Notes under the pieces: model-generated | What the model saw: the letters and a program-made list of their open reading frames with translations, nothing else | Told to the model about the DNA's origin: nothing | Databases searched by the model: none | Translations under genes and position numbers: made by a program | Origin: Clostridia bacterium | GTDB taxonomy: Bacteria; Bacillota; Clostridia; Christensenellales; CAG-138 | Assembly: GCA_030533005.1 (NCBI GenBank) | Contig: JAUNJX010000006.1 | Location: forward strand, 14,146 to 78,145 | Length of the DNA: 64,000 bases | Direction of reading: 5' to 3' | In this document: in pieces, positions 29,661 to 35,853 of the stretch | Position numbering within the stretch: position 1 is the first letter of the stretch | How the letters are laid out: every line of letters starts with the position of its first letter

Positions 29661-30949
29661 CTGCCCCGGTACAGCGTCCTTCCGTCCGCAGCGCTCAAAT
29701 TATAAGCGCAAAACGGGATAAGCTCCACCTTGCCCTCTTTCCGCCGCACAACGTTGATATAGCAGCGCTTGAGCCGCTCTATGTCCAGCGTCCACGCGTC
29801 CATAAAGGCCATGGCGGATACGGCAAGCGTCTGATTTTCGAGCTTGTCTAAAAACGCGTCGAACACATCCGGCTGCGCCTTCGGTTCGCGCACGCGCCGC
29901 GCGCCCGACCAGCGTTTGGCCACGAATTTTCGTGACCGCGCCGACGCGTCCGCAGACGTTCCGCAGCCGCAGCCCGCGCCGCAGCGTTTGAGCGACCCGT
30001 CCTCATTTTGCATGAAGTTGGCGGAAAAGGAGCAATGCGCGTCCTCGGCGTTGCCCGGCGCAAAATCCACCGCGCGCATGCGTCCTTGCGTCTGCGTTTC
30101 TATATCGCAAAGCAGCTTCGGCAGCGTATAGCGTGCAGCGTCCACCTCACAGCGTCCAAAGCGGCTCATGGGCTGAAAGTGCACGCCGCGCACCGCAGGC
30201 ATGCGCGAAAGCGCATACTCCAGTATCGCGCCGACCTGATCGTCGTTGACGCCCGCCGCCACGGTAGGTACCAGCACCACGCCCACGCCCGCCTTTTCGC
30301 AATGCTCTATGGCCGCAAGCTTGGTTTGCAATAACGCTTTGCCGCGCAGGATTTCATAGCTGTGCTCATTCATGCCGTCAAATTGCAGAAAGACGCAGTT
30401 GAGACCCGCATCCGCAAGGCTCCGGATATAGGCTGCATCCTCCGCAATGCGGATTCCGTTGGTGTTAAGCTGAAAAAAGGAGAAGCCCTTCTCTTTGCCT
30501 ATGCGGATGATCTTAGCAAGATCGTCCCGTACGGTGGGCTCGCCGCCGGAAAGTTGGATGTTGAAGGGGCCGCCCATCTCCATCATCCCGTCAAAGCAGG
30601 CCGTGATATCCTCCATGGGCATATCCGCGCCCTGCCCGGCCTTTGCAAAGCACACAGGGCAGCCAAGGTTGCATCTTTGCGTCACCTCCAGCAGCACGCA
30701 GCATGTGCGCTGCGCGTGCGCCGGGCACAGCCCGCAATCGTAAGGGCAGCCCTTATCCTCCCCACGCGCCGGACGCACCGGCGCCACGGCGGGATGTTCT
30801 TCCCCCCACGCCGCATAATCCCCCTGCCATATGAGCGTTTTAAACGCGCCGTGCTCCGGGCAGGTTTTATATAGATAGGTGTCGCCGTTCTCCATGCGCC
30901 GCTGTGCTTGGAGCACACGCAGGCACACGGGACATACGCTTTGGGTCAT
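29657..30949 (-). CDS. radical SAM enzyme with N-terminal zinc-ribbon (MJ0619/Tes-like architecture)
   Basis: 430 aa. N-terminal CPVCLRVLQAQ...YKTCPEHGAF, CxxxCxxC cluster motif CNLGCPVC, and a C-terminal Cys-rich stretch CGAGCGCG. Confidence 0.85.
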   Translation of the reverse strand: MTQSVCPVCLRVLQAQRRMENGDTYLYKTCPEHGAFKTLIWQGDYAAWGEEHPAVAPVRPARGEDKGCPYDCGLCPAHAQRTCCVLLEVTQRCNLGCPVCFAKAGQGADMPMEDITACFDGMMEMGGPFNIQLSGGEPTVRDDLAKIIRIGKEKGFSFFQLNTNGIRIAEDAAYIRSLADAGLNCVFLQFDGMNEHSYEILRGKALLQTKLAAIEHCEKAGVGVVLVPTVAAGVNDDQVGAILEYALSRMPAVRGVHFQPMSRFGRCEVDAARYTLPKLLCDIETQTQGRMRAVDFAPGNAEDAHCSFSANFMQNEDGSLKRCGAGCGCGTSADASARSRKFVAKRWSGARRVREPKAQPDVFDAFLDKLENQTLAVSAMAFMDAWTLDIERLKRCYINVVRRKEGKVELIPFCAYNLSAADGRTLYRGR

Positions 30950-31236
30950 GTATTGATCTCCTCATCCAAAAAATGCTCGAATGCCTGCTTTTTCTCCTGC
31001 CACGCCGCATCCGGATAGCTTACCTTGAAGCGGGTGTCGCCCAGCACGCCCTTGATCTCCATGCCGCCGCCGCGCACAAAATAAAAGGGGCGGCGGTAAT
31101 TGCGCTTGATCTCGACCTCCCCGAAAGGAGAGAGCGCCGCTACAGCCGCCTCGTCCATCACAAAGGGGGACGCATAGGCATAGGTCTGCGCGTCCACAAA
31201 ACAGTTTTCGCTTTTTTCTACCTGAAAGGCGCTCAT
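30946..31236 (-). CDS. hypothetical 96-aa protein
   Basis: The ORF is coupled by ATGA overlaps on both sides. I recognise no motif. Confidence 0.6.
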   Translation of the reverse strand: MSAFQVEKSENCFVDAQTYAYASPFVMDEAAVAALSPFGEVEIKRNYRRPFYFVRGGGMEIKGVLGDTRFKVSYPDAAWQEKKQAFEHFLDEEINT

Positions 31237-32354
31237 GCAAGTATCTCCTTCACGGCCTGCACCACGCTCTCCACCTCCTCGCGGGAGGTGAAGCGGGACA
31301 TGGAAAGCCGCACCGAGCCGCGCGGGTCAAAGCCCGCATAGGGCGGCAGCAGCGGCGCGCAATGCAGTCCCGTGCGGCAGATGATATCGTAGGCTTCATT
31401 GAGCACCTCGCCCATATCCGCAGGCGGCATGGCAGAGGTGAACGCCATGACGGGCGTGCGCGCGCCTTCGACGCGCACGGGCACAGCGCCGGATGAGAGC
31501 AAGCCCTCCTCTAAAATCGCCATGTTGCGATCCAGCGCCGCCGCGTCCAAAGGATGCGCAGCAAGCCATTGCAGGCTGTACGCTAAGCCTTCCATGCCCT
31601 GCTCGTTGGGCGTGCCCGCCTCCAGACGCAAGGGCAGCGTTTCGGGCATCGTCCAGCTATCGGAATGTATGCCAGTGCCGCCTGTATAGACCGGCGAAAG
31701 CTTGATATCCTCCCTTACATACAGGCAGCCCGTCCCCTGTGGGCCAAGCAGATATTTATGCCCCGTGACGGCCAGCATGTCGATCCCCCACGCCTCGGGC
31801 AGCACAGGCACAAGCCCCATGGTCTGCGACGCGTCGAGCACCGTAACCGCGCCCGCCTTTTTGCAAACCGCCGCAAGCGCCGCTGCATCGTTGATGGCGC
31901 CCGTTACGTTGCTCGCGTGCAAAAACGCGCACAGACGCGGCGCATGTTCCTTTACGGCGCGGGATAAGGTTGCCTCGCTTAGCCGCCCGTCCTTTTGTAC
32001 GGGCAGCACGATAAAGTCCTTGATGCGCCCCTGTTGTTTCAGGGCATACAGCGGGCGCAGCATGGAATTATGCTCCGCAGCCGTCGTCAGCGCCACATCC
32101 TCTTTCTTCCACGGGAAGCCCAAGAGGGCGATGTTGAGTGCCTGCGTGGAATTCTGCGTATAGACGATGCGCGCTTTATCCTGCACGCCAAGCAATGCAG
32201 CAAGCAGCGCACGCGCGTCCAAGGCAGCGTTTTCTTCACCCGACGCGCGGTGCGAAGCACCCGGCAGCCGCTCCATCACCGCCGCCATATGCGCCCCTAA
32301 GCCGGGCGCTTTGGGAAAGCTGGTCGCGGCGTTGTTCCAATACAGCTTGCTCAT
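31233..32354 (-). CDS. class-V aminotransferase / cysteine-desulfurase-like (NifS/CsdA-like) enzyme
   Basis: I prefer the start at 32354 (MSKLYWNNAATSFPK...), which gives an ATGA overlap with the upstream stop. The region ...AVTGHKYLLGPQGTGCLY... contains the PLP-lysine context. Confidence 0.8.
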   Translation of the reverse strand: MSKLYWNNAATSFPKAPGLGAHMAAVMERLPGASHRASGEENAALDARALLAALLGVQDKARIVYTQNSTQALNIALLGFPWKKEDVALTTAAEHNSMLRPLYALKQQGRIKDFIVLPVQKDGRLSEATLSRAVKEHAPRLCAFLHASNVTGAINDAAALAAVCKKAGAVTVLDASQTMGLVPVLPEAWGIDMLAVTGHKYLLGPQGTGCLYVREDIKLSPVYTGGTGIHSDSWTMPETLPLRLEAGTPNEQGMEGLAYSLQWLAAHPLDAAALDRNMAILEEGLLSSGAVPVRVEGARTPVMAFTSAMPPADMGEVLNEAYDIICRTGLHCAPLLPPYAGFDPRGSVRLSMSRFTSREEVESVVQAVKEILA

Positions 32355-32773
32355 GCGAACACGCCCTTTTCCATCAGCATGTTCATGATAAACTCGAACG
32401 CATCCTGTACGATGGGCAGGCACACGGAAATGCTCTTGGAAAAATCGCCGTTTACGATATTTCGGCAATCACACCCGCCATGCTTTTGCGCGACGTTTTG
32501 CATAAACCACTCCACATAATCCGCGATCATCCTTTCCACGTCGGGATGCGCGGGCTCCTCCATATCGCCCTGCCCCGTAAAAAGGCCGATGATGGCGCAG
32601 CCCGCCGTGAGCACCCCGCAGGTATGCCCCGTGCGTCCCATACCGCGCGTAAGGCCGCTCATGGCGCGAACAAGATCGGCGTTTTCCATGCCTTGGGTGT
32701 CCAGCGCAAGCTGCATCATGATCTGGCTGCACGCCATACCCGCGCGCGCAAGCTCCAACATTCTCTCCTCCAT
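32351..32773 (-). CDS. C_GCAxxG_C_C family protein
   Basis: 140 aa from the ATG at 32773, preceded by an AGGAGG RBS. The family motif is seen as HTCGVLTAGC, plus downstream CDC and C residues. Confidence 0.8.
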   Translation of the reverse strand: MEERMLELARAGMACSQIMMQLALDTQGMENADLVRAMSGLTRGMGRTGHTCGVLTAGCAIIGLFTGQGDMEEPAHPDVERMIADYVEWFMQNVAQKHGGCDCRNIVNGDFSKSISVCLPIVQDAFEFIMNMLMEKGVFA

Positions 32774-32786
32774 GCTCCGCTTCCTC

Positions 32787-33335
32787 CTATATTTTCTGAT
32801 AGACCGCCAGCGTGTACCGCTTTGCGCCGCAAAGCGGAAAGGGTGCGTCGTTGTTCCATAACCAGCGCGCGCCAAAGGCGCGCAAGGCATCCGTAGCGTC
32901 CCGCTCCCGCAGCAGCGCAAAGCCCTCCATCGCTTCCGCTGCGCCCAAATCGCCCAGCAGCAGCAGCCCCTTTGGCGCGAGCACGCGCAAAAGCTCCTCG
33001 CGCGCCGCGTCCCATTTGCCCGTTTCCTGCAAGGGGTAGCGCATGCAGCCCATATGGGCGATAGAAAATGCGCCGTCAGCAAAGGGCAGCGCCGCCGCGT
33101 CCGCCTGTACAAATTGGGCTGGCGGGCAGCGCTTTTTCGCAATTTGCAGCGCCGCATCCACCAAGTCTATTCCCGTTACCTCACAACCCGCCCGCGCAAA
33201 TACGGCGGCGGCTTCGCCCGTGGAGCAGCCTATGTCCAATACGCTTCCCCGCGCCTCCCCCAAGAGCCAAAGGATGCAGAATACATCCTCCACGCCGCCG
33301 GCGCAAAGCCACGCGTCCGACGCGTACAGGCTCAT
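32787..33335 (-). CDS. class I SAM-dependent methyltransferase
   Basis: 182 aa with motif I VLDIGCSTGEAA and an acidic loop GIDLV. Confidence 0.8.
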   Translation of the reverse strand: MSLYASDAWLCAGGVEDVFCILWLLGEARGSVLDIGCSTGEAAAVFARAGCEVTGIDLVDAALQIAKKRCPPAQFVQADAAALPFADGAFSIAHMGCMRYPLQETGKWDAAREELLRVLAPKGLLLLGDLGAAEAMEGFALLRERDATDALRAFGARWLWNNDAPFPLCGAKRYTLAVYQKI

Positions 33336-33553
33336 TTATCCTCCAAGGCGCGCTCCACCTGCAAGATCTTGCCCAGCGCCAGCTCCTCGGGGATGAAATA
33401 CTGGCCGCACTGCGGGCAGACCGGCATTTCGATAGGGAAATCGTTGCCCATGTACATGAGCGTCACGGGGCCTTTTACCATTTCCACACCGCATTTTTCG
33501 CAGCGCAGCTCGCCCTTGGTAAGATCATAGCTTGCATGATAATTCGTGCTCAT
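33332..33553 (-). CDS. small zinc-ribbon protein (73 aa)
   Basis: MSTNYHASYDLTKGELRCEKCGVEMV...MPVCPQCGQYFIPEE. The ATG at 33553 makes an ATGA overlap with the upstream stop; the ORF track starts earlier. Confidence 0.7.
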   Translation of the reverse strand: MSTNYHASYDLTKGELRCEKCGVEMVKGPVTLMYMGNDFPIEMPVCPQCGQYFIPEELALGKILQVERALEDK

Positions 33554-35742
33554 ACGCGCACCTCCATACGGTGGCTGTAGGCTCGCTCCACCTGATACCC
33601 GTCCTTTTCGGGATGATAGTACACCCATACGGTGATATGGCCTATGCGTTTATGGGCGATAAAAAGCCCGGTTTCGCCGTGTAGCAGCTTATCGTTGGTG
33701 CGCTCCGCCGCCTCGACGGCCTCGCGGATATGCTGTTCGAGTATCAGCCGCTCCTCCAGCTTTTTGGCTACATCCTCGCTGTAGTAGAGCGGAAAATGCA
33801 GCAGCCACGGCTTCTCCTCCTCACCGTACACATCCTTCAAAATCCCAAGGCGCAGCCTCTCCCGGTTGTCGCGGCGTTGGGAATAGGTGGGCGGCTCATG
33901 CTCTGCCATGCCGTAGGCAAGCTCCAGGATATGCACGGCCTTGCCGCCGTTTTTGCTAAAGCGATCCCGGCAATTCATGCAGTAGGTCAAATACATCGCG
34001 CCATCGGGTGCCGCAAGCGCCGCAGCCTCGTTAGCGACCTCCGGGTTCGCGTATTGCGTATAGCCGCCAAAGCCGCAGCAGCCGGTGGTTGCCCCGCTGT
34101 ATTTCTGCTCCGTAACGATGCAGCCCATCCTGTGCAGCAGCTCGCGCACGGCGTCCCGTACAGCAGGCATATCCCGCGCGCCGCAGGCGTCGTGCACACA
34201 CACGTCGCAGGCGATATGCTCTATCGGCAGCGTTTCAAGCAAAATATCCCATATGCCGATGCAATCCGCCCACTCCAGCGTTTTCATGCAGGTGGGACAG
34301 GCGACGATCAGCTTAGGCTTACCCAAGCGCGCCCATTCCGCCTTGAGCTTTTCCTGCGTATCGGCAAAGAGCTGTTCCCTGCCTGCCCACAGCGCGCCTA
34401 TGCCGCAGCAGCCAAGCAGAATGCCCGTTTGCGATTCGCGCTTCAACAGATCGTCGAACACCCTTTTGACAAGCTCGGGCGCGGACGCGCCCAGCTGACA
34501 GCCCGGAAAAAAAAGATACTTGCATGTATCGCTTCCCGGCGCGGGCTTTGCCAAATACGACGGGCCGTTGCTGTCTGCAAGATCGTCCAAGGCAAAATCA
34601 AAGGGCCATTGGGGCATGTGATTGGTTGCAGCCATAACGGCGCGGGACTGCATGAGCAGCGCCCCCAGATTCATGCCGCCGGGGCACAGCTTTTCACACT
34701 GCCCGCAAAGGCTGCATGAATTGATGGCGGTATTCGCCGTGCGGTTGCCCATGCTCATGGAGATGTTGGTCACGACCTCACGGGTAAACTGCCGGGGATA
34801 GGTCTTATAATGCTGTAGAAAAGCGCATGCGTCCACGCAGCGCATGCAGGTGCATTGGATGCAGCGGGCAGCCTCGGCCTTTGCCCAATCCGCGTCCTTT
34901 TCCCCTGCCGCCATGCCCTGCGGCTCGACGCCCTCGGTTTTTACATACAGGGTCGTTGTAAAAGGCCCCTCCTGTTCACGCCCATAGCGCAGGTTGACCT
35001 TTTTGAGATATCGATCTACAGAGGTCGCGGCCTTCTTGCCGCCCGCGATACAGCAAAGCACGCCCGCATCCGGGTTTGCACAAGCGCCGCAGGCAAACAG
35101 CCTGCCGCCCGCCTCCACCTCGCCCGTATCCTCTATGATCTCGACCGGCGCATCCGCGCCCATGGCAAGGATCACCGCATCAAAATCCGCCGCGTTTTCC
35201 GGCTCCATATTTGTATGGTATTGGATCTCTATAGGATAGTCCGCAAGCACGGCACAGTCCGCGGCAAAGCAGGCAAGCGCCGCTTCGTCCGCCTTGAGCG
35301 TGCCGCCCAGCGCGTCCGATCTTTCAAACAGCGTGACATGCACGCCCTTTTTTCCTAACTCAAGCGCCGCCGTGACGCCGCTTACGCCGCCGCCGATCAC
35401 CGCCGCCGTATCGCTGCGCCGGGGCAAAAAGGATCTTCGCGCCTTTCGCGTGCCCTCGCGCACCGCCGCTTCCTCGATGGCGCGCATATCGATAGCGCCC
35501 CCCAAGTCCTTTCGCGCGCAAACCGCCATACAGGGTGCAGTGCACAGGGCGCTCAACGTGCGCGGCAAGGGCACGACCTTCGCGTACAGCTCCAGCGCCG
35601 CCGAAAAATCACCCTTGCTTACAGCCTCGCACACCGCGCGGCACTCCACATGCAACGGGCATCCCGCCATGGCAGGCGGGGGCTGCTGTTGGGTACAGCG
35701 CGCTTCGATCTCATATAGGGTTTTCTGGTCGATCATCTGCAT
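33550..35742 (-). CDS. multidomain FAD/NAD(P)-binding + 2x[4Fe-4S] + double CCG-domain oxidoreductase
   Basis: 730 aa from the ATG at 35742, with GGTGGAG 8 nt upstream. It has a GltD-like Cys cluster, dinucleotide fold VIGGGVSGVTAALEL, ferredoxin motifs CIQCTCMRCVDAC / CSLCGQCEKLCP, and CCG-type motifs (FFPGCQL, CPTCMKT, GCCGFGG). Confidence 0.85.
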   Translation of the reverse strand: MQMIDQKTLYEIEARCTQQQPPPAMAGCPLHVECRAVCEAVSKGDFSAALELYAKVVPLPRTLSALCTAPCMAVCARKDLGGAIDMRAIEEAAVREGTRKARRSFLPRRSDTAAVIGGGVSGVTAALELGKKGVHVTLFERSDALGGTLKADEAALACFAADCAVLADYPIEIQYHTNMEPENAADFDAVILAMGADAPVEIIEDTGEVEAGGRLFACGACANPDAGVLCCIAGGKKAATSVDRYLKKVNLRYGREQEGPFTTTLYVKTEGVEPQGMAAGEKDADWAKAEAARCIQCTCMRCVDACAFLQHYKTYPRQFTREVVTNISMSMGNRTANTAINSCSLCGQCEKLCPGGMNLGALLMQSRAVMAATNHMPQWPFDFALDDLADSNGPSYLAKPAPGSDTCKYLFFPGCQLGASAPELVKRVFDDLLKRESQTGILLGCCGIGALWAGREQLFADTQEKLKAEWARLGKPKLIVACPTCMKTLEWADCIGIWDILLETLPIEHIACDVCVHDACGARDMPAVRDAVRELLHRMGCIVTEQKYSGATTGCCGFGGYTQYANPEVANEAAALAAPDGAMYLTYCMNCRDRFSKNGGKAVHILELAYGMAEHEPPTYSQRRDNRERLRLGILKDVYGEEEKPWLLHFPLYYSEDVAKKLEERLILEQHIREAVEAAERTNDKLLHGETGLFIAHKRIGHITVWVYYHPEKDGYQVERAYSHRMEVRV

Positions 35743-35785
35743 TCGTTTTTCTCCACCTAACCGATCTGTTTCATATTGTAATTCC

Positions 35786-35794
35786 ATTATAGCA
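35786..35794 (-). promoter_or_regulatory. extended -10 element TGcTATAAT (candidate promoter of the accessory operon)
   Basis: Read on the minus strand, between the mop terminator and the RBS of the oxidoreductase gene. Confidence 0.4.
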
Positions 35795-35807
35795 CAGGCA
35801 TTGCATC

Positions 35808-35840
35808 AACAAAAGAAAGGGACGCCCGTTTGGGCGTCCC
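35808..35840 (-). terminator. intrinsic terminator after mop
   Basis: GGGACGCCC-AAAC-GGGCGTCCC (9-bp perfect stem) followed by TTTCTTTTG on the minus strand, 14 nt after the mop stop. Confidence 0.75.
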
Positions 35841-35853
35841 AATATAAGGTAGG

